From IMG/VR virus record IMGVR_UViG_3300027749_000051, positions 32,001-96,000 of that record: a DNA stretch of 64,000 bases. One strand, 5' to 3'. Both the position numbers and the translations under genes were made by a program. The stretch is from a virus. The notes beneath the pieces are model-generated. The model searched no databases, was not told where the DNA came from, and saw only the letters and a list, made by a program, of their open reading frames with translations. Of this stretch, positions 1 through 9,810 are shown in pieces. Position 1 is the first letter of the stretch; each line of letters starts with the position of its first letter.

Positions 1-530
1 TTCCTGTTGAGAAAGTAGTAATTAAAGAGGTTATTAAAGAAGTTCCTGTTGAAAAAGTTGTCACAAAAATAGAATATATTAGTGACAATACTCAGATAAA
101 TGAACTACTATTAAAAATACAAGAGTTGGAAAACGCACCACCTAAGATAGTTGAGAAAATTGTTGAGGTGGTAAAAGAAGTTCCTGTTGATAAGATTATT
201 GAAGTAACGAAGGAAGTAATTGTTGAAAAGATTGTTGAGGTAGTAAAAGAGGTTCCTGTTGAGAAGATTGTTGAGGTAATAAAGGAAGTGATTGTTGAAA
301 AGATTATTGAGGTTACAGTTGAGAAAATTATTACCCAACAAGATGATGGATTAAAACCTAAACTTGACGCACTTCAGAAGACAGTTATGAAGTTGAAACA
401 AGACAACATAGATAAAGACAATAAAATTAAAGAATACGAGAAGACGATTCAGGATATACAGAACTTCCAATCAGAAACGAAAGCGATGTATTTAAAGGGA
501 TCCAATTTGGATGATAAATTATATAGATAA
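1..530 (+). CDS. 5'-truncated protein with VEKIVEV(V/I)KEVP repeats and C-terminal coiled coil
   Basis: Frame is open from base 3 (PVEKVVIKEVIKEVPVEK...), so the gene starts before the window; many EKIVEV-type repeats. Confidence 0.8.
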   Translation, partial: PVEKVVIKEVIKEVPVEKVVTKIEYISDNTQINELLLKIQELENAPPKIVEKIVEVVKEVPVDKIIEVTKEVIVEKIVEVVKEVPVEKIVEVIKEVIVEKIIEVTVEKIITQQDDGLKPKLDALQKTVMKLKQDNIDKDNKIKEYEKTIQDIQNFQSETKAMYLKGSNLDDKLYR

Positions 531-534
531 AATT

Positions 535-888
535 ATGACAATTAAAGTTTTAGTGTGGTTTATTCTAAGCTATGGGCTTATGAGTATTATGGTCTTCGGA
601 TCAATTTTTAAAGGGTTGAGGAATACAATAAAGGAGTGGGGAGAATCAAAATTGCCGCTTCATTCATTTGGTGAATTTCTATACGGGATATTGAGTTGTC
701 CACTTTGTTTTTCAACATGGGGTGGATTCTTTCTTGGAATTTTTGTATATTCACCAGTACACCAGTTATTTGATGTTAGTTGTTTAATATCTTGGTTCTT
801 TGATGGTATCTTATCTTCAGGGGCGGTATGGGCAATCAATGCAATAATTGAATGGTTCGAGGTTAATCGACCAGAAAATAAAGATTAA
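535..888 (+). CDS. DUF1360-like membrane protein
   Basis: Hydrophobic segments with CPLCFSTW motif; ATG 535 preferred over 511. Confidence 0.6.
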   Translation: MTIKVLVWFILSYGLMSIMVFGSIFKGLRNTIKEWGESKLPLHSFGEFLYGILSCPLCFSTWGGFFLGIFVYSPVHQLFDVSCLISWFFDGILSSGAVWAINAIIEWFEVNRPENKD

Positions 889-905
889 ATTAATTTAAAA
901 ACATT

Positions 906-1043
906 ATGAAAGGATTAGTCGCATTATTTTTATTACTTTGGTGTACAATTACAATTGTCCCAATGGTGGTTTTATTGTTGGAGTTAGTGGTCAGTGGTAA
1001 AGATTGTTTACTAAATGATCTTGTATCAGAAATCAATCGTTAA
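906..1043 (+). CDS. possible 45-aa hydrophobic peptide (not in ORF track)
   Basis: MKGLVALFLLLWCTITIVPMVVLLLELVVSGK...; fills gap between genes. Confidence 0.35.
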   Translation: MKGLVALFLLLWCTITIVPMVVLLLELVVSGKDCLLNDLVSEINR

Positions 1044-1055
1044 TAATTTAGAACA

Positions 1056-1223
1056 ATGGGTATTAGAAAAAAAGAACACAGAAAAAAAGTTGAGTTAAGA
1101 AATCAAAAAATCAAAGGAGCAAAAAACGCAATGCAACGATTATTTGATGAAACAATGAAGAAGCAAATCGAAGAGCTTAAGAAAAAACAAGAATTATCAG
1201 GTCAGACTGAAAACCAAAATTAA
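1056..1223 (+). CDS. 55-aa basic helical protein (not in ORF track)
   Basis: MGIRKKEHRKKVELRNQKIKG...; stop is 2 nt before next ATG. Confidence 0.65.
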   Translation: MGIRKKEHRKKVELRNQKIKGAKNAMQRLFDETMKKQIEELKKKQELSGQTENQN

Positions 1224-1225
1224 TA

Positions 1226-3607
1226 ATGAAATGGGATTTATTTAATCCGCCGCCAATTTTTAATTACAAAAACATGCCCACAAAGTTAGATGTTTCAACT
1301 TTGGAGAATCCTTACATTCAAGTAGTTTGGGAGGACATTCCAGAAAATTTCACACAAGAGAGGATTAAGTCGGTTCGACAATACTTTATGAAGAAGTATG
1401 TATCAACCAATATCAATGTTATCACAAAGTTAAAATTAACCGATGATGATACACAACAAACGGTTGATGTCGCTTCCAACATTATGGATAAGAATTATCA
1501 AAAAGAATTGATAAACTCTCTGCTCCAATCCAAAAACCATGATCAATATTTCGATCAAATTATGGCTATTGATACATCAGTTGAAAATCGAATGTTGGCA
1601 AATGAAGTTGAGATAACTCCATTCAAACGATGGTATATTAAAAAAATTGAATTCAGTAACTTCTTATCCTATGGTGAGAACCAAGTTATTGATTTTGATA
1701 AATGTAATGGAATTACGGTTGTTGAGTCAAATCCTCCAAATTTCGGTGGTAAATCAGTATTAACTGTGGATCTATTGTTATATCTATTCTTTAACACAAC
1801 GACCAAAACTCAAAAGGCAGAAGAAATCTTTAATAGGTTTACAGACAAAAATGTGGTTAGTGTTAAGGGGGAGATTATAATAGATGGGGAAGAATATATT
1901 ATCGCCCGCAAAATAGAGAGAAAGAAATCCAAAACAGGAGAATGGAATGTAAAAACTGAATTGGATTTCTTTAAGAAACTTGCCGATGGACAATTACAAA
2001 ATTTCACAGGAGAACAACGAAGGGAAACTGAGAACTTTATTAAGACATCCATTGGAAGCATGGACGATTTTTTGATGACCATTGTCACCACAGGGTCAAA
2101 TTTGGAGGATCTGCTCGATGCCAAGCCAACTGCTCGCGGACAGGTATTGAGTCGATTCTTGGGGTTGGAGTTCCTTAAGAAGAAGGAAGAAACGGGGAAA
2201 GAGATTTATTCGGAGTTCTCAAAAGGGATGATGTCAAATGTTTATAACACCGAGACATTAAACCAGGGAAATGAGACAGCAAAAACTGATATTCAAAGTC
2301 TAACAGATGAGATTAAATTGTTAGATATTAAGATTGAGGATGTTGATAAACGACAACAGAGAGGACAAGAATATAAGGAGAATCTCCTTAGTTCAAAGTA
2401 CACCGACATTGACCACGAATTACTTGTTCTAAATCCTGATAATCTAAACTCAACCATCTTTGATCTGGATAATAATTGCAAAACAGTCAAGAATCAAATT
2501 GATGAAATAAAACTGGTTGAACCATCAGAGTTTTATCACGAAGACAAGCATGATGAAGTTAAGGAATTGTTAACCAACGCCAAGATAGAACATGCGGGAG
2601 CCACCACTAAGGTTGAAGATATTGATGCGATGGTTAAAAAGTTTGGTGGGGGAATACAATGTGAACATTGTGGAATTAAACTTATTGAAGCCGAGATAAC
2701 CAAGAAAAGAATTGGTGAACTTGAAGAATGGAAACAAAAAGTTTTAGATTTAGGTAAGGATGTTATTGAACTGGACAAGAAAGAAAAATCATTTGTCCAG
2801 TTGAAAAAGGAGTTTGATGAATATGAGAAAAACAAACTAATCAAGGAGAAGTTTGAAATTTCATTGGAGTCGAATGAGATAAAGTTATCCCAAGCAAAAG
2901 ATAAACTTAAACGGTACCAAGAGGTTCAGGATAAGATTAAAAAGAACAATGAGATTGAATCCCAATTGATTAAAGCTAACCTACGTATTGACGAGTTAAT
3001 ATCCGAGAAACGAGGTTATGAAAGAACTCAGGCAAGCAATCAAACACAGATCGTTAATCTACAATCCAAGATTGAAAAGAATAATGATATCATCTTGAGA
3101 ATTGCTGAAGAGTTTGAACGAGAAAAGTTGTTTAAGATCTATATTGAAGTATTTGGTAAGAACGGAATTACCAAAGTTATTATGAAGACTATGATGCCAT
3201 TAATAAACTCTGAACTTCAACGACTACTTCAGGACTCTTGTTATTTTAACTTGGAGATTCGGATTAGTGATAAGAACGAGGTGGAGTTTATTATGATTGA
3301 TAATTCAACAGGTATTGAGAAGTTAATGGTTTCAGGATCTGGATATGAACGGACAATTGCATCGTTGGCGTTAAGGGCGGTCTTATCAAAGGTGTGTTCA
3401 TTACCAAAACCAAATATCGTGGTTATGGACGAGGTCTTCGGTAAGATAAGTAATGATAATCTTGAAATGGTTGGTGAGTTTTTTATAAAGATTAAGGATT
3501 ATTTTGAAAAGATTTTTGTGATAAGTCATAATCCTTTAATAAGTAATTGGGCGAACAATGTGGTTAAAATAACAAAGACCGATAATATTTCAAAAGTCTC
3601 TCAATAA
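1226..3607 (+). CDS. SbcC/Rad50/gp46-like SMC ATPase with N-terminal extension
   Basis: Walker A (NFGGKS), zinc hook CEHC in long coiled coil, signature SGSGYE, Walker B VVMDE, ISH loop. Confidence 0.9.
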   Translation: MKWDLFNPPPIFNYKNMPTKLDVSTLENPYIQVVWEDIPENFTQERIKSVRQYFMKKYVSTNINVITKLKLTDDDTQQTVDVASNIMDKNYQKELINSLLQSKNHDQYFDQIMAIDTSVENRMLANEVEITPFKRWYIKKIEFSNFLSYGENQVIDFDKCNGITVVESNPPNFGGKSVLTVDLLLYLFFNTTTKTQKAEEIFNRFTDKNVVSVKGEIIIDGEEYIIARKIERKKSKTGEWNVKTELDFFKKLADGQLQNFTGEQRRETENFIKTSIGSMDDFLMTIVTTGSNLEDLLDAKPTARGQVLSRFLGLEFLKKKEETGKEIYSEFSKGMMSNVYNTETLNQGNETAKTDIQSLTDEIKLLDIKIEDVDKRQQRGQEYKENLLSSKYTDIDHELLVLNPDNLNSTIFDLDNNCKTVKNQIDEIKLVEPSEFYHEDKHDEVKELLTNAKIEHAGATTKVEDIDAMVKKFGGGIQCEHCGIKLIEAEITKKRIGELEEWKQKVLDLGKDVIELDKKEKSFVQLKKEFDEYEKNKLIKEKFEISLESNEIKLSQAKDKLKRYQEVQDKIKKNNEIESQLIKANLRIDELISEKRGYERTQASNQTQIVNLQSKIEKNNDIILRIAEEFEREKLFKIYIEVFGKNGITKVIMKTMMPLINSELQRLLQDSCYFNLEIRISDKNEVEFIMIDNSTGIEKLMVSGSGYERTIASLALRAVLSKVCSLPKPNIVVMDEVFGKISNDNLEMVGEFFIKIKDYFEKIFVISHNPLISNWANNVVKITKTDNISKVSQ

Positions 3608-3660
3608 AATGGGACTTTTTTTGTTGACACATCAACGAAAAAATCAAAAAAGAAAAGTTT

Positions 3661-4551
3661 ATGATTAAAACACCTATAAGGTATGCGGGAGGAAAAAGCA
3701 AGGCGATTAAGATAATAACGCCATTTGTTGAGGGTATTGATAAAATAGTTTCACCATTTATTGGTGGGGGATCTTTGGAGGTTCATTGGGCATCAATGGG
3801 AAAACAAGTTATTGGATATGATTTATTTGATGTTCTTGTTAATTTTTGGAATGTTCTATTGAATAATAAGGGAGAATTGGTTGAGAAGTTAAGACAAATT
3901 AATCCAACATCTGGTGAATATACCCGAATCAAAGAGATATTGATGAAATGGGATAATACACAGGATATGTTGAAAGATTGGAAGACGGGATATTATAAAA
4001 GAGATGATGTAATTTCTTTGGATAGTATAACCGCGGCAGCTTATTATTATTTTAATCACAACACATCTTATGGTCCTGGTTATTTGGGTTGGGGATCATC
4101 TGTTTATTTACAACCTAAGAAATGGGATGATATGATTAGTAAGATATCCAAATTTGAATTACCTACTCTATCAGTGAATCAAGGAAGTTTTGAATCTATA
4201 TTACCGAACCATACTAACGATTTCTTATATTTGGATCCTCCATATTTCTTAGAGAAGGATGCTGACAATAAAATGTTCACAGGGATTTATCCGATGAGAA
4301 ATATACCAGTCCATCACAATGGATTTAATCACGAATTATTGAGAAATATGTTAAAGGATCACAAGGGCGGATTTGTCTTGTCTTATAATAATTGTGAAAC
4401 GATTAGAGATTATTATAGTGAGTTTGAGTTCCATTATCCAACATGGAATTACTCTATGGGTAACGGAGAAAAACGAATAGGTAAGAACAGAATAGAGGCG
4501 GGAATTACAAATACTAAAGACTCACATGAAATTTTAATCGTAAAACGATAA
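3661..4551 (+). CDS. Dam-like (D12 class) DNA adenine methyltransferase
   Basis: RYAGGKS, PFIGGGS, YLDPPY. Confidence 0.9.
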   Translation: MIKTPIRYAGGKSKAIKIITPFVEGIDKIVSPFIGGGSLEVHWASMGKQVIGYDLFDVLVNFWNVLLNNKGELVEKLRQINPTSGEYTRIKEILMKWDNTQDMLKDWKTGYYKRDDVISLDSITAAAYYYFNHNTSYGPGYLGWGSSVYLQPKKWDDMISKISKFELPTLSVNQGSFESILPNHTNDFLYLDPPYFLEKDADNKMFTGIYPMRNIPVHHNGFNHELLRNMLKDHKGGFVLSYNNCETIRDYYSEFEFHYPTWNYSMGNGEKRIGKNRIEAGITNTKDSHEILIVKR

Positions 4552-4616
4552 TATTTCAAAGGTCTCTCAATAAAATGGAGGAGGGGTTATTTTAAATGTT
4601 TTTTTATATTTTATAG

Positions 4617-5039
4617 ATGAAAAAGATTGTTTGTTTTGAGTGTGGTAATGATGACGAAATACACAATCATCATGTGGTTCCAAAAATATTGGGTGGAACA
4701 AAGACCATTCCATTATGTTTAAGTTGCCATGGTAAAGTTCATGGGGTTGATTTTATTAATCATAAGAAATTAACAAGAGAAGGATTGGCAAATGCAAAAA
4801 AACGAGGGGTAAAATTAGGTACCCCAAATAATTTAAATGGGGAAGCGAGAAAAAAGGGCCTAAATAAAGTTATTGAAAATAGGATATCTAATGCTAATTG
4901 GAATCGGGCTAAAGATTTTATATCTAAAGTAAAAATTAAAAAATTATCAACATTATCCTCGATGCTTAATGAAAATGGGTATAAAACAAGGCAAGGATGT
5001 TTTTTTACTGCGGCAACTGTTAAAAGATTGATTAATTAA
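4617..5039 (+). CDS. HNH endonuclease fused to resolvase-like C-terminal DNA-binding region
   Basis: CFEC..HNHHVVPKILGG..CLSCHGKVH then TREGLANAKKRGVKLG. Confidence 0.7.
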   Translation: MKKIVCFECGNDDEIHNHHVVPKILGGTKTIPLCLSCHGKVHGVDFINHKKLTREGLANAKKRGVKLGTPNNLNGEARKKGLNKVIENRISNANWNRAKDFISKVKIKKLSTLSSMLNENGYKTRQGCFFTAATVKRLIN

Positions 5040-5073
5040 ACAATATTAGAATTAGTTTTATTATATTTGTCGA

Positions 5074-5688
5074 ATGATGAAAGGATATTTATATTTGGCG
5101 ACAGATGGGGTTGGTGATTTCAAAAAATTTGGAATAGCTTCCAATCCCAATATACGATTAATTAATTATAATACTACGGAACATTTAAGACCGATATATT
5201 TCGAGAAAGTATTTGGGTTTAAAAGTTATTCTGATGCCAGAGATGCTGAGACACAACTCAGGAGAGAATTAAAGCAATATATTATTCAGACCCATCACAT
5301 TGAGACTTTTGTATGTAATGAGATCACAGAGAATATTTTTAACGAATCAACCAAAGAATACGTAGTTATTGACTTTACAAATGATTATGCCGGAAACATA
5401 CAAAACAAAAGATTTCCATATTATAAGGAGTTATTAAAATTAATTAACTTCGCATTAGATGTCGGAATGTGTAAAATTGTTTTAGAGAGATTGATTATTA
5501 AACATAAGGTCGGTTATTATCGTGAGAATGCACCACCAAGAGTTATTATGGAGGATAGGATTAAACATTTAATTCAACTTGGTAATAAAGAGTTATGTTG
5601 GGATAATAAACCAAGAATGTTGGATAGGATGCAAAAATTCTATTGTTTGGAGGAAGAAATTAAATCACTATTAGTTAATTTACAATAG
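5074..5688 (+). CDS. GIY-YIG/T5orf172-like nuclease domain protein
   Basis: YLYLA..KKFGIASNPNIRL..E..L pattern. Confidence 0.55.
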   Translation: MMKGYLYLATDGVGDFKKFGIASNPNIRLINYNTTEHLRPIYFEKVFGFKSYSDARDAETQLRRELKQYIIQTHHIETFVCNEITENIFNESTKEYVVIDFTNDYAGNIQNKRFPYYKELLKLINFALDVGMCKIVLERLIIKHKVGYYRENAPPRVIMEDRIKHLIQLGNKELCWDNKPRMLDRMQKFYCLEEEIKSLLVNLQ

Positions 5689-5740
5689 TTGGGTTAGGAA
5701 AGTTTATTTTTTTGTATTACCTTTATAAAAAATTATATCA

Positions 5741-6256
5741 ATGAAGAATTATATCTTAACAGTTGTCGGTTCATTTGAATCCGAAGAAATGTGTAAACAA
5801 ATTGCGTTATCAATAACTCCAATTGTTGATTCGCCGAATCTAAAATTCCAATACATGGGAGGAGTGTTGTTATTTCATTTTGCAACAGAGGTTCCTAAAG
5901 ACGAAGTCTATTTTTATGTCTTTGACGCATTATTTGATGTCAGTGAAACATTCATTTTGACAGAGATAACTGACGAAGTGTCAGTTTCTATGACACTTGA
6001 GCTTGAAAAACATTTACTTGATTTAGATAATATTGGTGATGATGTGACTATGTTATTGGATATGAACCAGATAAAGTATGGTCAGTATAACTCAGAGGAG
6101 GAAGAGGAAAGTTTTGTGGCATTACTTTTGGAGGAAGTAAGTCAATCATCTAAAAAACCAGCATTAGATGAGATTTTAGAGAAAATTTATAAGCAAGGAT
6201 TTGACTCCTTAAGTTTATTTGAAAAAAATGTATTGGACACTTACAGTAAAACTTAA
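5741..6256 (+). CDS. hypothetical protein with DUF6576-like C-terminal motif
   Basis: LDEILEKIYKQGFDSLSLFEKNVL. Confidence 0.55.
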   Translation: MKNYILTVVGSFESEEMCKQIALSITPIVDSPNLKFQYMGGVLLFHFATEVPKDEVYFYVFDALFDVSETFILTEITDEVSVSMTLELEKHLLDLDNIGDDVTMLLDMNQIKYGQYNSEEEEESFVALLLEEVSQSSKKPALDEILEKIYKQGFDSLSLFEKNVLDTYSKT

Positions 6257-6259
6257 TCT

Positions 6260-7057
6260 ATGAAAGAAAAATCGGTTATTCCTATTAATCAAGACGAGAT
6301 CCGTCATTACTTGAAAGACTTAAGAAAGTTAAAAGTAATGACTCCTGAGAGAGAACGAGAACTCTCCAGACGTATGTTATCCAACGAGATTTCTGATGAA
6401 GAAAAGGTTGAGATACATAAGGAACTTTTAGAAGGAAATCTTAGGTTTGTGATTACTGTTAGTAAGCAATATCAGAATCAGGGATTAGACCTGTCTGATT
6501 TAATTGCTGAGGGTAATCTTGGACTAATGAAGGCAATTGAGAATTTTGATTGGTCTAAAAAACTAAGATTTATCTCATATGCGGTATGGTGGGTAAGACA
6601 ATCGATCTTCCAATCATTGAATGAAAATGCAAGAACAATTCGATTACCAGTAAATGTTGTACAAGAACTTCACAAGGCGAAGAAGGAGTTAGATAAAGCA
6701 GGAGTTGAACTACCTGACAAGTTTGTAAATCTACCTTATACTATTAATTTAGATAAACCCTTGAATGAAGAAGGAGATACCTTAATTGACATTCTTAACA
6801 ATCCAAATGCTGACTTAGCTGACGCAGGATTTTCAACTGAGCAAACATTGAAGGATAAGTTGATTAGTATGTTGAATATACTGGATGACAGAGAGAAAGT
6901 TATTATTCAAGACTATTTTGGGTTGTCAGGATCAACAAGAACCTTAGAGGACATTGGTAATGATTTTGATCTAACAAAGGAAAGGGTTAGACAGATTAAA
7001 GAGAAAGCCCTTAGGAAATTACGGAACGAGACGGGTATTCTATTTGATTATCTGTAA
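6260..7057 (+). CDS. RpoD/sigma70-family RNA polymerase sigma factor (Bacteroidota-like)
   Basis: Region 2 NLRFVITVSKQYQNQGLDLSDLIAEGNLGL..FISYAVWWVRQSI; region 4 TLEDIG..LTKERVRQIKEKALRKLR. Confidence 0.92.
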   Translation: MKEKSVIPINQDEIRHYLKDLRKLKVMTPERERELSRRMLSNEISDEEKVEIHKELLEGNLRFVITVSKQYQNQGLDLSDLIAEGNLGLMKAIENFDWSKKLRFISYAVWWVRQSIFQSLNENARTIRLPVNVVQELHKAKKELDKAGVELPDKFVNLPYTINLDKPLNEEGDTLIDILNNPNADLADAGFSTEQTLKDKLISMLNILDDREKVIIQDYFGLSGSTRTLEDIGNDFDLTKERVRQIKEKALRKLRNETGILFDYL

Positions 7058-7127
7058 AATGATATAAAAGGTGTATTTATTAAGTACACCTTTTATATTT
7101 TATATAATAAACTAAAAATGTTTTGAT

Positions 7128-7409
7128 ATGAAAAAATTTATTGAAAATAATTTTACGATTATTGTTTTGGTTGTTGCAATATTAGGACTTCTTAAAAGTT
7201 GTAATGATTCAAAAGAGATATCTAAAATAAAGAGAGAGATTGCTGCTATTAAAGACTCAACATATACTAAGATTGAACTTAAAAAAGAATTGGTAATAAG
7301 TGGGCTAGAAGCGGAGAAAAGAATGATTCAAGCAACCGATAGAAAGTTATTGGATGTTAGACGACAAACTGAAATTGAAGAACAAATAAAAAAGCTTAAA
7401 GGAGAATAA
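7128..7409 (+). CDS. membrane-anchored hypothetical protein
   Basis: N-terminal hydrophobic helix followed by Cys and coiled coil. Confidence 0.6.
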   Translation: MKKFIENNFTIIVLVVAILGLLKSCNDSKEISKIKREIAAIKDSTYTKIELKKELVISGLEAEKRMIQATDRKLLDVRRQTEIEEQIKKLKGE

Positions 7410-7410
7410 T

Positions 7411-8286
7411 ATGAATTGGTTTCAAAGAAATTTTAATACAATAATTTATACATGTTTCTTAGTCCCAATTTTGACTGTTGCATTTGTATCTATTTCTCAT
7501 GTCTCAAAATGGTATGGTATCTCCAACCCAATGAGTTGGGCGATCTACTTATCAATTGGTATTGAGATTGCTGCCCTTTCAGCCTTGGCAGCAATATCTG
7601 CTCAGATGGGAAGAAAGGTATATTTTCCTTTTGGTATCGTAACCTTAATCCAATTCATTGGTAATATTTTCTTTGCATATCAATATATTGATGTGACTTC
7701 TCAGTCGTTTAAAGACTGGATGGATATGGTAGATCCTCTTGTGAGCTTTTTAGGCGTTGAGTCAGGAGATGTAGTTGGACATAAACGATTCCTGGCATTA
7801 TTCGCTGGAGGTATGTTACCAATTATCTCACTTTCATTTTTACATATGTTAGTTAAATTTGAAGAAGAGGAGAAGAAAAAGTCTAAGGATAAAAAACCGA
7901 ATGATGTTGATATTGATGAGTTAAGTATCGCAGCAGGTAAGAAGGAATTTGAGAATGATAACTTAAAGTATACTCCGACGGAAAACGAATTACAACAAAT
8001 TGAAGAACAATTAAAACGACTTAATGATTTGAAATTTGGTAAGACCATTAAGGATGAGATTGTACCTGAGGAAGTAATCGAGGCACCAATAGAAAATATA
8101 TCCCAAGAAGATGATTGGAGTAATGAAATGGAAGAAGAATATTGGGCTTCACAAATTCTTGAACCATTTATTGAAACAGAAGATGTTCCAGAAATTGTGG
8201 AAGTTATTATAGAAAGTGAACCAGCACCTGAGGAAACACCAGAACCTCAAATAAATAGGTTGAGTTATTTAAGAAGAGATGCGTGA
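7411..8286 (+). CDS. multi-pass membrane protein with acidic tail
   Basis: About four hydrophobic segments then E/D-rich C-terminus. Confidence 0.65.
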   Translation: MNWFQRNFNTIIYTCFLVPILTVAFVSISHVSKWYGISNPMSWAIYLSIGIEIAALSALAAISAQMGRKVYFPFGIVTLIQFIGNIFFAYQYIDVTSQSFKDWMDMVDPLVSFLGVESGDVVGHKRFLALFAGGMLPIISLSFLHMLVKFEEEEKKKSKDKKPNDVDIDELSIAAGKKEFENDNLKYTPTENELQQIEEQLKRLNDLKFGKTIKDEIVPEEVIEAPIENISQEDDWSNEMEEEYWASQILEPFIETEDVPEIVEVIIESEPAPEETPEPQINRLSYLRRDA

Positions 8287-8884
8287 AATTTGTAAATATG
8301 GGAATTTTAAACCTATAGGAAAACAAAAAAGAAAACGACAGATTATTTTATGTCACACCTCAAGGGAGTCCGAAGAATATTTGGCCTCCCTTAAATTTAG
8401 GTATAATGGTAAGTTTAATCGAATACCTAACTATCTGATTAAAAAAGATGGTGAGATATTACAACTATTAACTGACAACGGGTACAATGATTTTTTTGAT
8501 GATGAGAACATTAATAAAAACTCAATCGTCATTTGTTTAGAAAATTTAGGTTGGTTAGAAAAGAAACCTTTGTCTACGGATTACATTAACTGGAAAGGAA
8601 GTATTTATAGTGGACAGGTATTCGAAAAAAAATGGAGAGACTTCTTTTTTTGGGACCCATATACACTACCTCAATTAAAATCAACGGCTGAGTTATGTGT
8701 ATCACTAACCGATTCTCTCCAAATAGAAAAAAGATGTATTGGACATAATACGAAAGTAGATGGTGTATCCAATTTTGATGGAATAGTTACTAGGAGTAAT
8801 TTTAGTGGCAATTTTACAGACCTAAACCCATCTTTTGATTTTGAAACTTTTATAAAATTTTTTGAAAATGAGCAATTTGCATAA
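8279..8884 (+). CDS. N-acetylmuramoyl-L-alanine amidase (Amidase_2)-like protein
   Basis: IILCHTS, NYLIKKDGEILQL, SIVICLEN, CIGHN. Confidence 0.65.
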   Translation: MREICKYGNFKPIGKQKRKRQIILCHTSRESEEYLASLKFRYNGKFNRIPNYLIKKDGEILQLLTDNGYNDFFDDENINKNSIVICLENLGWLEKKPLSTDYINWKGSIYSGQVFEKKWRDFFFWDPYTLPQLKSTAELCVSLTDSLQIEKRCIGHNTKVDGVSNFDGIVTRSNFSGNFTDLNPSFDFETFIKFFENEQFA

Positions 8885-9440
8885 TGACAGGTACGATGAG
8901 ATTAAATCTCTAATTAAGAGATCTAAATTGTTGTTTGAACAAGACGGCCAATTAAATGTTGCCGATGATGTTGAGAGTAGAATAAGCCAAGATATGGATT
9001 ATGAAACTGCTGAAGATGATATGGAACAGGGTAAGAAACCAAGTCCTAAAGATAAGACACAAAAATATAGAATTTCTGGTGGTATATTATCTCTTCACGG
9101 AAAGAATAGAAATGAATTAGATATAACAACTGATGAGAAGGTTGCATTCCAAGAGACTATGGATGAATTCGTTAATGAGGTTTCTGACTTGGCGGATTTC
9201 AACACATTAAATGTCTATACCAATAGTGTTGAATGGTCTGGTAAATTGATTGATGAGGATATAGACTTTATTTTTGCCATAGGTGAAGATAGTGGAATAT
9301 ATATCAATGGACAAATGATTAAGGTTGACGCTGAATTCTTGGATGTTATCGATAAACTACAGAAATACTATCAGAAATTTAAATCTAAATGGGGTAAAGT
9401 TCTTGCTAGTAGAAAGAAAACAAAAGAATCACCATTATAA
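8862..9440 (+). CDS. hypothetical protein
   Basis: Long ORF overlapping neighbours. Confidence 0.6.
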   Translation: MKMSNLHNDRYDEIKSLIKRSKLLFEQDGQLNVADDVESRISQDMDYETAEDDMEQGKKPSPKDKTQKYRISGGILSLHGKNRNELDITTDEKVAFQETMDEFVNEVSDLADFNTLNVYTNSVEWSGKLIDEDIDFIFAIGEDSGIYINGQMIKVDAEFLDVIDKLQKYYQKFKSKWGKVLASRKKTKESPL

Positions 9441-9441
9441 T

Positions 9442-9810
9442 ATGATAGGATTAATTTTAGGAAATTTCAAAATAATAAAGAATGTGTTAATTGTTCTTGC
9501 AATTTCTGCATTGATTTGGTTAGTTTCTGAAAGAATAACTAAGATTGGAATGCCAGACTCTAGTCGTACTAAAATAGATTCATTGAATACTGAGATAAGT
9601 AAAATTTATCAGAATCAAAAAAAGATTGATAGTAGTATTGTGAATTTTAATAAACAGGTTAGTAATATTGATAATAACATATCTAATATTAAAAATCAAA
9701 AAGAAACAATTAAAGAAGTTTACTATGGTAAGATTAATCGTGTTAATGAGTATAATGATGCTCAGATTGACAGCTTTTTCACAAACCGCTACGGATATAC
9801 AACCCGTTAA
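9442..9810 (+). CDS. N-terminal TM plus coiled-coil protein (spanin-like candidate)
   Basis: ATG 9442 right after upstream stop; TM NVLIVLAISALIWLV then heptads. Confidence 0.55.
   Translation: MIGLILGNFKIIKNVLIVLAISALIWLVSERITKIGMPDSSRTKIDSLNTEISKIYQNQKKIDSSIVNFNKQVSNIDNNISNIKNQKETIKEVYYGKINRVNEYNDAQIDSFFTNRYGYTTR

Noticed and set aside
111-341. Antisense Asn/Leu/Phe-rich ORF
   Set aside because: Mirror of the EKIVEV repeat codons.
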